Below are positions 1 through 12,860 of a stretch of 64,000 nt of DNA, one piece after another (the first letter of the stretch is position 1; each line of letters begins with the position of its first letter). This DNA is from Mustelus asterias (lineage: Eukaryota), in NCBI RefSeq assembly GCF_964213995.1, contig NW_027590140.1:248001-312000 (forward strand). The letters are read 5' to 3'. Made by a program: the position numbers and the translations under genes. The notes under the pieces are model-generated. The model saw nothing but the letters and a program-made list of their open reading frames with translations. It did not search any database and was not told the origin of the DNA.

Positions 1-2740
1 GTGTGCAGGAAGGCTTCCTGACACAGTTTGTAGATAGAACAACAAGAGGCGAGGCCACATTGGATTTGGTACTGGGTAATGAACCAGGCCAGGTGTTAGA
101 TTTGGAGGTAGGTGAGCACTTTGGTGACAGTGACCAGAATTCGATTACGTTTACCTTAGCTATGGAAAAGGATAGGTATATACCAAAGGGCAAGAGTTAT
201 AGCTGGGGGAAAGGAAATTATGATGCGATTAGGCGAGATTTAGCTGGCATAGGTTGGGGAAGGAAACTGCAGGGGATGGGCACAATTGTAATGTGGAACT
301 TGTTCAAGGAACAGCTACGATGCGTCCTTGATAAATATATACCTGTCAGGCAGGGAGGAAGCAGACGTGTGAGGGAACCGTGGTTTACTAAGGAGGTTGA
401 ATCTCTTGTGAAGAGGAAGAAGGAGACTTATGTTAAGATGAGACGTGAAGACTCAGTTAGGGCACTTGAGAGTTACAAGTTAGCCAGGAAGGACCTAAAC
501 AAAGAGTTAAGAAGAGCCAGGAGGGGACATGAGAAGTCTTTCGAAGGTAGGATCAAGGAAAAACCTAACGCTTTCTATAGGTATGTCAGGAGTAAAAGAA
601 TGACGAGGGTAAGATTAGGGCCAGTCAAGGACAGGAGTGGGAAGTTGTGCGTGGAGTCTGAAGAGATAGGAGAGGCACTAAATGAATAGTTTTCGTCGGT
701 ATTCACACTGGAGAGGGACAGTGTTGTCCAAGGGAGTACTGAGATGCAGGCTATTGGACTGGATGGGATTCAGGTTCATAAGGAGGAGGTGTTAGCAATT
801 CTGGAAAGGATAAAAATAGATAAGTCCCCTGGGCCTGATGGGATTTATCCTCGGATTCTCTGGGAGGCTAGAGAGGAGATTGCAGAGCCTTTGGCTTTGA
901 TCTTTGGGTCGTCATTGTCTACAGGAACAGTGCCAGAAGACTGGAGGAGAGCAAATGTTGTCCCCTTGTTCAAGAAGGGGAGTAGGGACAACCCTGGTAA
1001 TTATAGACCAGTGAGCCTTACTTCTATTGTGGGCAAAGTATTGGAAAGGATTATACGAGATCGGATTAATAATCATCTGGAAAGGAATAATTTGATTAGG
1101 GATAGTCAGCACGGTTTTGTGAAGGGTAAGTCGTGCCTCACAATCCTTATTGAGTTCTTTGAGAAGGTGACCAAAGAGGTGGATTAGGGGAAAACGGATG
1201 ATGTGGTGTATATGGATTTCAGCAAAGCGTTTGATAAGGTTCCCCATGGTAAGCCTTTGCAGAAAATACGGACACATGGGATTGAGGGTGATTGAGTGGT
1301 TTGGATCAGGAATTGGCCAGCTGTAAGAAAATAGAGGGTGGTGGTTGCTGGGAAATATTCATCCTGGAGTTCAATGACTAGTGGTATACCGCAAGGATCT
1401 GTTTTGGGGCCACTGCTGTTTGTCCTTTTTATTCATGACCTGGATGAGAGCATAGAAGGATGGATTAGTAAATTTGCTGATGACACTAAAGTCGGTGGAG
1501 TTGTAGATAGTGCGGAGGGAAGTGGCAGGTTACAGAGGGACATAGATAAGCTGCAGAGCTGGGCTGAGAGGTGGCAAATGGAGTTTAATGCGGAAAAGTT
1601 GAAGTGATTCACTTTGGAAGGAGTAACAGGAATACAGAGTACTGGACTAATGGTACGATACTTGGTAATGTGGATGAACAGAGGGATCTGGGTGTCCATG
1701 TGCATAGATCCCTGAAAGTTGGCACCCAGGTTGATAGGGTTGTTAAGAAGGCGTACAGTGTGTTAGCTTTTATTGGTAGAGGGATTGAGTTTCGGAGTCA
1801 GGAGGTCATGCTGCAACTCTACAAAACTCTGGTGCGGCCGCACTTGGAGGATTGCATACAGTTCTGGTCGCCACATTATAGGAAAGATGTGGAAGTGTTG
1901 CAAAGGGTGCAGAGGAGATTTACCAGGATGTTGCCTGGTATGTGGGAGAATCGTATGAGGAAAGGCTGAATGGCTTGAGGTTGTTTTCGTTCGAGAGAAG
2001 AAGGTTAAGAGGTGACTTAATAGAGGCATACAAGATGATCAGAGGATTAGAGAGGGTGGATAGTGAGAGCCTTTTTCCTCGGATGGTGATGGCTAACACG
2101 AGGGGACATAGCTTTAAATTGAGGGGTAAGAGATGTAGGACAGATGTTAGAGGTAGGTTCTTTACTCAGAGAGTAGTAAGGGCGTGGAATGCCCTGCCTG
2201 CAGCAGTAGTGGACTCGTCAACATTAAGAGCATTTAAATGGTCATTGGATAAACATATGGATAATACAAAACAAAGAACAAAGAACAATACAGCACAGGA
2301 ACAGGCCCTTCGGCCCTCCAAGCCCGCGCCGCTCCCTGGTCCAAACTAGACCATTCTTTTGTATCCCTCCATTCCCACTCCGTTCATATGGCTGTCGAGA
2401 TAAGTCGTAAATGTTCCCAGTGTGTCTGCCTCCACCACCTTGCCTGGCAGCGCATTCCAGGCCCCCACCACCCTCTGTGTAAAATATGTCCGTCTGATAT
2501 CTGTGTTAAACCTCCCCCCTTCACCTTGAACCTATGACCTCTCGTGAACGTCACCACCGACCTGGGGAAAAGCTTCCCACCGTTCACCCTATCTATGCCT
2601 TTCATAATTTTATACACCTAATGCACATAATATTGGAATAGTATAGATTAGAGGGGCTTTAGATTGGTTTCACTGGTCGGCGCAACATCGAGGGCCGAAG
2701 GGGCTGTACTGCGCTGTAATGTTCGATGTTCTATGTTCTA
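1..2740 (+). mobile_element. CR1 LINE ORF2 (end of endonuclease, RT, 3' UTR), degenerate; 3' UTR interrupted by a second CR1
   Basis: ORFs 3-689, 744-1187, 1338-1607, 1604-1969 and 1942-2349 carry CR1 motifs (LDLVLGNEP, KSPGPDGIYP, NYRPVSLTS, QHGFVKGKSCLT, GIPQGSVLGP, FADDTK) with stops and frameshifts; the 3' UTR resumes at ~2626 and ends in (GTTCTAT)n. Confidence 0.92.
2267..2622 (-). mobile_element. 5'-truncated young CR1 3' end nested in the previous CR1
   Basis: ORF 2384-2617 (YKIMKGIDRVNGGKLFPRSVVTFTRGHRFK) is nearly identical to the 3' end of the 46.4-49.9 kb element; ATAATA flanks both sides (probable short TSD). Confidence 0.85.
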
Positions 2741-2890
2741 AGTCTCACAACAGCAGTTTAAAGACCCACAGGTTTATTTCGAATCACGAGCTTTCGGAAC
2801 GCTGCGCCTTCATCGGGTGACTGGGCAACTGGTGTTGTGAGACTTCCTACTGCGTACATCCCAGTCCAACGCCGACATCTCCACATCACA
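2740..2890. mobile_element. Short Penelope-like pLTR-derived inverted element
   Basis: Shares AAGTCTCACAAC...GGTTTATTT and GTCCAACGCCGACATCTCCACATCA termini with the 38159-39430 Penelope element; contains a mutated hammerhead core on the minus strand (2784-2820). Confidence 0.7.
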
Positions 2891-3589
2891 TTTCTTAAGG
2901 GCCGTCCCTTTCCTCTGAGTCTGTGCCCTCGGGTCCAAGTCTCCCCTACTAATGGAAACATCTTCCCCAAGTGCACTCTATCCAGGCCTTTCATTATTCA
3001 GTAAGTTTCAATGTTATCTCCTTCCTCATACTTCCAAACTGCATCGAGTATGGACCCCCAGTCCTCAGGCGCTCCTCATGCGTCAAGTCTTTAATTCCTC
3101 GGATCATTCTTGTGACCCTGCTCTGGACCCTCTCCAAGGCCAACACATCCTTCCTCAGATACGGGGACCAAAATTGCTGACAATATTCTGAATGCGGTCA
3201 GACCAGTGTCTTATAAACCCTCAGCATTACACCCCTTCTTTTGTATTCTCATCATCTCGAAATTAACACCAGCAGAGTGATCTCTGCTATATCGAATTAA
3301 TATTGACCCTACATTATTTCCAACTTTCCAGACCTCCATGACCCTCAACACCCCATCTCGGCTGTAAATTTTCTACTTTGGGTGTAAAAGGTGTTGGATT
3401 GAAGGGCGTTAAGTGAAGCTGTTTGTTTTGTGACTGTTGTTGATGTGATCCGATCAGTGTGTCTGGAGGGATTTCCCTCTTCTATTAATAAGGGATTCCG
3501 TTCAATGTGTTGTCCCATTGAGTCAGCGGGAGCGACAACTCCAACACTAACAGAGATCAGCGTCTGTGGAGAGAGAGGGAGGGAGAGAA

Positions 3590-4266
3590 GAGATCAGAAT
3601 CTGGGAGCAATGGATTGGAATCTTCCAACAATGGATCAGAATCTGGGAACAATGGATTGGAATCTTCCAACATTGGATCAGAACAGAGTCAGAGAGGTTA
3701 ACAGCATGGAAACAGGTCATTCGGCCCAATTTGCCCATGCCATCCTCCTTTTAAAACTCGTAAACTAACCCCAATTGCCCCGCATTTAGGCCATATCCTT
3801 CTATATCCATGTAACTATCTAAATGCTTTTTAAAAGACAAAATTGGACCCGCCTCTACTGCTACCTCTGGCAGCTTGTTCCAGACACTAACCACCCTCTG
3901 TGTGAAAAAATTGCCCCTCTGGACACTTTTGTATCGCTCCCGTCTCACCTTAAACCTATGCCCTCCAGAATCTGAGAACAATGAAGCGGAATGTTCCAAC
4001 AATGGATCAGAATCTGGGAACAATGGATTGGAACCTTCCGTAAATGGATCAGAATCTTGGAACAATGAATCGGAATGTTTCAACAATGGACCAGAGTCTG
4101 GGAACAATGAACCGGAATGTTCCAACCAAGGACAGGAGTTTATTCCATTGGATTTCTCGGTTTACAGCAGATGGTCTTTGGATAACATCAGTTGATCGGA
4201 TTCAATATCTACTGAAGGCGATTTAATGCTTTTACTATCTCCTCCTGGCGATTGTTGGTGTTCCGG
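3590..4266 (+). pseudogene. Exon 1 of a GPR139/GPR142-like GPCR with 21-bp N-terminal repeats; disrupted
   Basis: 21/42-bp repeats (MDQNLGT/MDWNLPT), then ...IQYLLKAI*CFYYLLLAIVGVP followed by a phase-1 GTAAGT donor at 4267; TAA at 4224-4226 and a CR1 insertion at 3684-3965; homologous to 61863-62127. Confidence 0.65.
3684..3965 (-). mobile_element. CR1 3' fragment inserted in the GPCR repeat tract
   Basis: GHRFKVRRERYKSVQRGNFFTQRVVSVWNKLP in ORF 3751-4125; CAGAA repeated on both sides. Confidence 0.85.
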
Positions 4267-4589
4267 GTAAGTCCCTGGCTGGAATTGTACCGGCCGACCG
4301 CCACGGGAATAGGAGCAGGCGAGGGGCGGAGCATGGAAAGGTCGGTTGGACACGGGTGGGATGTTGCAGCTTGGGGAAGAGTGAGGCTGTAAAGTCCCGT
4401 CCCCTGTGTCCAGTTCCTAATTCTAGAAAGGCTGTTTCACTGTATTGATTTCCTTGCCATTGACTGTACTGGGTTTGCTGCTCTTGATGTTTCTGTTGAA
4501 TCTCTGTATCCGGTTATTAATTATTTCAGCCACTGACAACTGTCTCAGGGTCGATGGGCTAAGATTTCTTCTGTGTGCTGTGATTTTCC

Positions 4590-5532
4590 ATAGACATAGA
4601 ACATAGAACAGTACAGCACGGCACAGGCCCTTCGGCCCACGATGTTGTGCCGAGCTTTAGCTGAAACCAATATCAAGCTATCCCACTCCCTATCATTCTG
4701 GTGTGCTCCATGTGCCTATCCAATAACCGCTTAAATGTTCCTAAAGCGTCTGACTCCACTATCACAGCAGGCAGTCCATTTCACACCCCAACCACTCTCT
4801 GAGTAAAGAACCTACCTCGGACATCCTTCCTACATCTCCGACCAGGAACCCTGTAGTTATCCCCCTTGTAATAGCTCCATCCATCCGAGGAAGTAGCCTT
4901 TGAACGTTCACTCTATCTATCCCCTTCATCATTTTATAAACTTCTCTTGAGTCTCCCCTCAACCTCCTCCGCTCCAAAGAGAACAGCCCCACCTCCCTCA
5001 ACCTTTCCTCCTAAGACCTGCCCTCCTAACCAGCCACAGACTGGTAAACCTCCTTTGCACGCTTTCCAGCGCTTCCACATCCTTCTTATAGTGAGGTAAC
5101 CAGAACTGCACACAATATGCCAAATGTGGTCTCAACAAGGTCCTGTACAGTTGCAGCATAACCCCACGGCTCTTAAAATCCAACCCCCTATTAATAAAAG
5201 ATAACACCCTATCGGCCTTCTTCACAGCTCTATCCACTTGAGTGGTAACCTTCAGAGATCTGTGGATATGGACCCCAAGATCTCTCTGTTCCTCCACAGT
5301 CTTCAGAACTCTTCCTTTGACCCTGTAATCCACATTTAAATATGTCCTACCAAAATGAATCACCTCACATTTATCAGGGATAAACTCCGTCTGCCATTTT
5401 TCAGCCCAGCTTTGCATCCTGTCTATGTCTCTTTGCAGTCTACAACAGCCCTCCACCAATCTTGGTGTCATCAGCAAACTTACTGATCCACCCTTCAGCC
5501 CCCTCCTCTAAATCGTTAATAAAAATCACAAA
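4590..5532 (-). mobile_element. 5'-truncated CR1 LINE (RT C-terminus and 3' UTR)
   Basis: ORFs 4998-5477 and 4762-5001; (TTCTATG)-type tail; same subfamily as 7756-9412. Confidence 0.9.
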
Positions 5533-5704
5533 TCACATGTGACCTCAAACGCTATTCCACCGTGCATAAAAGATTGACACAGAATCCTTTTTATCCTCCA
5601 CACGTAACACCAGTTCACCCACCCATTCACGAGGCCGCAGATTCAATTTTATTGGTCATATATACACAGCAGGATCTTACAGAGTACATATTTCATTAAA
5701 TTTG

Positions 5705-5997
5705 AAATTTATTCATCAGTGTCACAAGTATGCGAACATTAAGATTGCAATGAAGTTACAATAAAAATCCCCGAGTCGCCACACTCCAGCGCCTGTTCAG
5801 GTACACTGAGGGAGAATTTAGCAGGGCCAGTGCACCAAACCAGCACAACTTTCAGAGTGTGGGAGGAAACGGGAGCACCTGGAGGAAACCCAGCAGACAC
5901 ACGGAGAACTTGCAGAATCTGCACAGACAGTGGCCAAGCCTGCAATTGAACCAGGACCTCTGGTGCTGGGAGGCAACAATGCTATCCCCTGTGCCAC
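5705..5997 (-). mobile_element. tRNA-derived shark SINE (HE1/V-SINE-like)
   Basis: Reverse strand shows A-box and B-box-like GGCACAGGGGATAGC...GGTTCAATT and the conserved GGGTTTCCTCCAGGTGCTCC core. Confidence 0.75.
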
Positions 5998-6019
5998 GAC
6001 AAGCTCTCCGAGAGCAACA

Positions 6020-6266
6020 GGAACACAAACACACAGACACACCCAAACACACATACATTAATACACACATTTACTGATAGAAGCAATCATATTGAGACAC
6101 TTACTCACACACACACACACAGATTCAAGAACCAAAATTGGTGGAACACTCCAGAATAACGCACACTTAGGAACACTCGTCAGGTGCTCTCTTGCTCACA
6201 CACAAACACGCACACACACACATGCATACTGGTACAGGCAATATGGACACACGCAACACACACACG
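6020..6266. repeat. Degenerate (CA)n microsatellite region
   Basis: Several CACACA runs, e.g. 6106-6120. Confidence 0.7.
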
Positions 6267-6852
6267 GTAGGGGGGCTGGATAACAACTACTCCCTGCCCA
6301 TTGATGGCGGGGTGATCAAGTAAAACTGCGTGACAGGCTAGAACCCAGGTCCATGCCCCATTTCTCGCCTCTTGCAATCTTCACCGGCAACGGATTTGCG
6401 GTGGATAGAGTCTCCTGCCCATTTCTGGAAAGAGGCCGAATAAATTATTTAAATTTATTTTGAAACAAATTGAAATAACATTCGCGAGCCTGGGATGGAA
6501 TTGTGTGCCACACTTGCCTTTGCAGCCTCACCGGGAGAGGTTGGGTCTGGTGAGGAAAACAGCTGGCCACATGTATGAGGACGAGTCGTGATGGCCTCGC
6601 CGGGAGAACTGAAGGCCATTGAGGGCACTGGGCAAGGTCGAGGGCAAAGTTAGGTGCCCCTTGGGCAATGCTCACCGGGAAGTACCAGGGAGTGGGGCAT
6701 GAGCTGGCGGCGTCTACAGGAGCGGACACTGAAGGTAGCGAGGCCTACTCTGAACGTAGTTGCTGGGTGGGAGAGGGTCCCGTTACCAATCTGCACGCTG
6801 TGTGTGGGGTGGTCCCCGCTGCCACTCTGCACGTGATTGGTGTTGTTAAGGA

Positions 6853-7000
6853 GGGGGGTCTCGCTGCCTCTCTGCATGCACAGTGGGGTAGGGAGGGTGT
6901 CTCGCTGCCTCTCTGCATGCACAGTGAGGTAGGGAGGGGGTCTCGCCGCCTCTCTGCATGCACAGTGGGGTAGGGAGGGGTGTCTCGCTGCCTCTCTGCC
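6853..7000 (+). repeat. ~41-bp minisatellite, about 3.5 copies
   Basis: Unit GTCTCGCTGCCTCTCTGCATGCACAGTGGGGTAGGGAGGG repeated. Confidence 0.85.
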
Positions 7001-7424
7001 CAGCTGACATTCTGCATGCAATTGGTGTGGGGGAAGGGAGGGTGATTGGTCCAGGTGGTGGGGAGGGGGATGGGTCCATATCTGGTCGGAGGCTGCTTAC
7101 AAAAAGCTGGGGGTCCCCGGACTATCTAGGGGCAGCTGCTGTGCTCAAGTGAGCTGCAGCAGCAGAGAGTTGACAAATGTCTCTCAGACCAGGCAGCTCA
7201 CTGCTGGCTGCAATTGCACATTTGCAACCACATAGGTTTGGTCCGTGGTCGATATCCCAGCCAGCCCTGTGAGAGCTGCAAGCGATAGGGCCACTGCTGA
7301 GGGTAGTCGAACAGCCATCGAGTTTTAACCGCACAAAATGAGGTCCTTCGGCGCATTATGTCTGAACTGGTCATCAAACACCTATCAAGTCGAATCCCAT
7401 CTTCCAGCACTCGATCCAAAGCCT

Positions 7425-7755
7425 TGTCATAGAGTTTACAGCATGGAAACAGGCCCTTCGGCCCATCTTGTCCATGGCGCCTTTTTAAAAAGATCCCTGA
7501 TCTAATCCCAATTACCTTCATTTGGCCCATATCCCTCTATACCCATCGTACCCATGTAACTATCTAAACGCTTTTTAAATAATAAAATTGTACCAATCTC
7601 GATTGCTACCTCTGGCAGCTTGTTCAAGACACTAACCACCCCCTGTGTGAAACAAATGCCCCTCTGGACAGTTTTGTACCTATCCCCTCTCAACGTAAAG
7701 CTATGGCCTCTAGTTTTAGACTCCCCTACCTTTGGGAAAAGATATTGACTATCTA
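7425..7755 (-). mobile_element. CR1 3' end fragment
   Basis: ORF 7502-7840 (SQYLFPKVGESKTRGHSF...FTQGVVSVLNKLP). Confidence 0.85.
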
Positions 7756-9412
7756 GAACATAGAAGATAGAACAGTACAGCACAGAACAGGCCCTTCGGC
7801 CCACGATGTTGTGCCGAGCTTTATCTGAAACCAAGATCAAGCTATCCCACTCCCTATCATCCTGTTGTGCTCCATGTGCCTCTCCAATAACCGCTTAAAT
7901 GTATCTAAAGTGTCTGACTCCACTATCACTGCAGGCAGTCCATTCCACACCCCAACCACTCTCTGCGTAAAGAACCTACCTCTGATATCCTTCCTATATC
8001 TCCCACCACGTACCCTATAATTATGCCCCCTTATAATAGCTCCATCCACCCGAGGAAATAGTCTTTGAACGTTCACTCTATCTATCCCCTTCATCATTTT
8101 ATAAACCTCTATTAAGTCTCCCCTCAGCCTCCTCTGCTCCAGAGAGAACAGCCCTAGCTCCCTCAACCTTTCCTCATAAGACCTACCCTCCAAACCAGGC
8201 AGCATCCTGATAAATCGCCTCTGCACTCTTTCCAGCGCTTCCACATCCTTCTTATAGTGAGGTGACCAGAACTGCACACAATATTCCAAACGTGGTCTCA
8301 CCAAGGTCCTGTACAGTTGCAGCATAACCCCACGGCTCTTAAACTCCAACCCCCTGTTGATAAAAGCTAACACACTATAGGCCTTCTTCCCAGCTCTATC
8401 CACTTGATTGGCAACCTTTAGAGACCTTTGGATATGGACCCCAAGATCTCTCTGTTCCTCCACAGTTTTCAGAACTCTACCTTTGACCCTGTAATCCACA
8501 TTTAAATTAGACATACCAAAATTAATCAGCTCACATTTATCAGGGTTAAACTCCATTTGCCATTTTTCGGCCCAGCTTTGCATCCTATCTATGTCTCTTT
8601 GCAGCCTACAACAGCCCTCCACCTCATCCACTACTCCACCAATCTTGGTGTCATCAGCAAATTTACTGATCCACCCTTCAGCCCCCTCCTCTAAGTCATT
8701 AATAAAAATCACAAAGAGCAGAGGGCCAAGCACTGATCCCTGTGGCACTCCGCTAGCAACCTGCCTCCAATCCGAAAATTTTCCATCCACCACCACCCTC
8801 TGTCTTCGATCAGACAGCCAGTTACCTATCCAATCGGCCAACTTTCCCTCTATCCCACACCTCCTCACTTTCATCATAAGCCGACCATGGGGGACCTTAT
8901 CAAACGCCTTACTAAAATCCATGTATATGACATCAACTGCCCTACCTTCATCAACACACTTTGTTACCTCCTCAAAAAATTCTATCAAATTTGTGAGGCG
9001 CGACTTGCCCTTCACGAATCCATGCTGACTATCCCGGATTAATCCGCATCTTTCTAAATGGTCGTAAATCCCATCCCGAAGGACCTTTTCCATCAATTTA
9101 CCAACAACCGAAGTAAGACTAACCGGTCTATAATTACCAGGGTCATTTCTATTCCCTTTCTTAAACAGAGGAACAACATTCGCCATTCTCCAGTCCTCTG
9201 GCACTATCCCCGTGGACAGCGAGGACCCAAAAATCAAAGCCAAAGGCTCTGCAATCTCAACCCTTGCCTCCCAAGGAATCTTAGGATATATTTCATCTGG
9301 CCCAGGGGACTTGTCGACCTTCAGTTTATTCAAAACTGCTAGTACATCCTCCCTCCGAACATCTACTTCCTCCAGCCTATTAGCCTGTAACACCTTCTCT
9401 TCCTCAAAAACA
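7756..9412 (-). mobile_element. 5'-truncated CR1 LINE with an uninterrupted RT reading frame
   Basis: ORF 7837-9471 (544 aa) with the full CR1 RT: [47 protein letters not shown]. Confidence 0.95.
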
Positions 9413-9639
9413 TGGTGGAGAAAATATACCACCTGATCCATGGAGTTATTGGTGTTCCTGGTAAGTGACAATTACCCTTGTAGTTCTCTAAATCTGTGTG
9501 TGAGCTGCTCTATGCTGTTAAACTGTGACTGATCTACATGTCAGCATTTTACAGACACATGATCAGTGATAAGATATACTGATCCCAGTGGACCTATCAT
9601 CAGCACAGTGGAAGTTTGAGCTGGAGGATTTATCAATGA

Positions 9640-10945
9640 TTTCGTAATTCAGCACTTGGAAGGCAGTGGGAAAATCAGACAAAGTCAGCATGGAGTTACA
9701 GAGGGGAAATCTTGTTTGAAGAATCTATTGGGTTTTTTTGAGGATGCAACTCGTCGAGTTCATTGGGGAGAACCAGTGGATGTGGTTTATTGAGACTTTC
9801 AGAAGGCTTTCGACAAGGTCTCACGGAACAGACTACCATGTAAAGTGAAAGCACATGGGATTGCAGGCAATGTTTTGAGATGGATAGAAAGCTGGTTCGC
9901 AGATAGAAAGCAATTATTTGTCAATAAATGGGCCTTTTTCTGATTAGCAGTCAGTGTCTAGTGGGGTACTGCAGGAATCTGTGTACGGACTCCAACTGTT
10001 CACATTACATATTAATTATTCTGAAAATGGTGCGAAATGTATCATCTCCAAATTTGCAGATGACAAAAGGTGGGTGAGGGTGAGCTATGAGAAGTATGCA
10101 GACATGCTTCACTGTAATTTGAACAGGCTCAATGTATGGGCATGTGCAAAGCAGTTGCAGTAAAATGTGGGTAAATGTGAGGTTATCCACTTTGGCAGCA
10201 ATAATAGGAAGACAGATTATTATTTGAATGGGTTTAAATTGAGAGAGGTGGATACTCAGCGAGACATTGGTGTCCGTATGCATCAGTAACTGAAAGTAAG
10301 CGCGCATGTACAACAGGCAGTAAAGAAGACCAATGGTATACTGGCCTTCATAGGGAGAAGATTTGAGTACAGGAATAGAGACGTGTTACTGCAGTTGTAC
10401 AGAACATTGCTGAGGCCACACTTCGAGTATTGTGTGCAGCTTTGGTGTCCTTATCTGAGGAAGGATATCCTCGCTATCGAGGGAGTACAGCGAATGTTTA
10501 CCAGGCTAATTCCTGGGATGGAAAGTCTGTGATATTAAGAGAGACTAAGTCGGTTCGGGCTTTATTCATTGGAGTTCATTGGAGTGAAACATATATTAAT
10601 GGAACAGGTTTAGACAGGGTAGATTCAGAAAGAATGTTCCCGATGCTCAGAAAGTTGAGGACGAGGGTTCATGGTTTGAGGATAAGCATCAACCTTTTAG
10701 AACAGAGGTGAGGAGAAATTTCTCCATTCTGATGATCTATGGACTTCACGACCACAGAAAGTAGCTGAGGCCAAAACCTTTCATGATTTCAGGAAGAAAT
10801 TATATATAGCTCTTGGGGCTAAAGTGATCACGGGATATGGGAGCAAGGGATGGTCAGGATATTGAAGTTGATAATGATCCATGATCAAACTGAATGTCGG
10901 AGCTGGCTCCAAGGGCCGAATGGCCTGCTCCTGCTGTTCTTATAT
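9640..10945 (+). mobile_element. Degenerate CR1 LINE RT and 3' UTR
   Basis: FQKAFDKVSR, GVLQESVYG, SKFADDK and CEVIHFG remnants with many disruptions. Confidence 0.8.
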
Positions 10946-11299
10946 TTCAATGTTTCAATGATTGTGAAACTGGGGTGAGTCTGAACCTGGCGTGGGCCTG
11001 AACCTCTGGAATTGTTTGGACATATTGATTGAGCGACGTTGGTGCGGATATGAACCTGATGTTCTGAACCAGATGAGGCTGCGCACCTAATGATAACTTG
11101 AAGACAGGTATGGTGCAAACCCAGGGTGGATTTGAAACAGGGGAGATTGCACCCCCCTCCCTCACACAAATAGCCTCAACCCCACTCCTCACCACCCCAA
11201 CCTGCCCGCAAAACACCACCCCAAATCCCTGCACTCGGAACATATTCCAAATGCTCCTTGTGTACATCTGTATCCCTCATTCCCCATACCCTAAGAGAC

Positions 11300-12860
11300 C
11301 TTATGACATAAGCAGAACGAGGCCACTCGGCCCATCGAGTCTGCTTTACCATTCAATCCTGGCTGATGTTTTTCTCATCCACATTGTCCTGTCTTTTCCC
11401 CATAACCCCTGATCCCCTTCTTAACCAAGAACCTATCTATCTCTGTCTTAAAGACATTGAATGACTTGGCCTCCTCAGCCTTCTACAGCTGAGAGTTCCA
11501 CAGATTCACCACTCTCTGGCTGAAGAAATTCCTCCTCATCTCTGTTTTAAAGGGTCGTCCTTTAGCCTGAGCTCTTTGCCCACTCGCCTAACCTGTCCAG
11601 GTCCTTCTGCAGCCAACCCCCCCCCCCCCCCACTTCCCTTCCTCATTACTCCCTGTCCATCTACATATCTTTGTATCATCTGCAAACTGAGCAACAGTGC
11701 CCTCATTACATTCTTCCAAATCATTAATGTACATTGAGAAAGGTTGTGATCCCAGCAACGGCCCCTGAGGCACACGACTGGTCACTGGCTGCCGTCCTGA
11801 AAAAAAACACCTTCGTGCCCATTCTCTGCCTTCTGCCAGTCAGCCAACCCTCTATCCATTCCAGGATCTTACCCTCAACTCCATTGGCACTTAACTGAGT
11901 TGTGACCTCTGGTTCTAGTTTTTTCCTACTAGTGGAAACATCCTCTGCACGTCCACGCTATCCAGGCCTCGCAGTATCCTGTAAGTTTCAATAAAATCTA
12001 CCCCCCTCATCTTTCTAAACTGGGGCCCAAAACTGTTCACAATACTCCAAATGTGGTCTTATATAGCCTCAGAAGTACATCCCTGCTCTTATATTCTAGC
12101 CCTCTCGACATGAATGCTGGCATTCCATTTGCCTTCCTAACTGCCGACTGAACCTGCACGTTGACTTCCAGAGAATCTTGAACAAGGAATCCCAAATTCC
12201 TTTGTGCATCTGATTTTCTAACTATTTCCCCATTTAAAGTATTTTAAAGGCTTCCCAACCCTCTGGCTTCCCACTAATCCTTGCCACTTTGTAGGTTTTT
12301 TCTTTTGCTTCTATGCTGTCCTTGACTTCCCCGTCAGCCATGGATGCCTCGACCTCCCCTTAGCATGTTTCCTCCTCTTTGGGATGAATTTATGTTGTGC
12401 CTCCCAAATAACTCTCAAGAACTCCTGTCATTTCCGTTACACTGTCTCCCCTGCGAGGCTCCCTTTCCAATCAACTCTGGCCAGATCCTCCCTCATGTCT
12501 TTGGAGTTACCTTTATTTAATTGTAATACCGTTACATCTGATTCCAGATTCTTCCTCTCAAACTGCAGGGTAAATTCTATCATATTGTGGTCACTGTTCC
12601 CTCAGGGTTCCTTCACCTTAAGTTCCCTAATCAAGTCTGCCTCATTACACATCACCAAATCCAGAATTCCCTGTTTCCTAGTCGGCTCTGGCACAAGCTG
12701 CTCCAAAAAACCATCTTTGACATTCCACAAATTCCTTTTCTTGGGATTCACTACCTACCTGGTTTTCCCAGTCCACCTGCATATCGAAGTCCCCCATGAT
12801 TATTGTAACATTGCCTTTTGTATAGGCTTTTTCTATCTCCTGATGTATTTTCTGCCCCTC
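11300..12860 (-). mobile_element. Mosaic of degenerate CR1 fragments
   Basis: VPQGPLLGSQ...FADDTKI in ORF 11588-11785; CR1 3' UTR at ~11300-11560; endonuclease-end remnants at 12300-12850. Confidence 0.7.

Noticed and set aside
6853-7000. Second RSS array (CACAGTG in each 41-bp unit)
   Set aside because: No nonamer at 12 or 23 nt and no adjacent V, D or J segment
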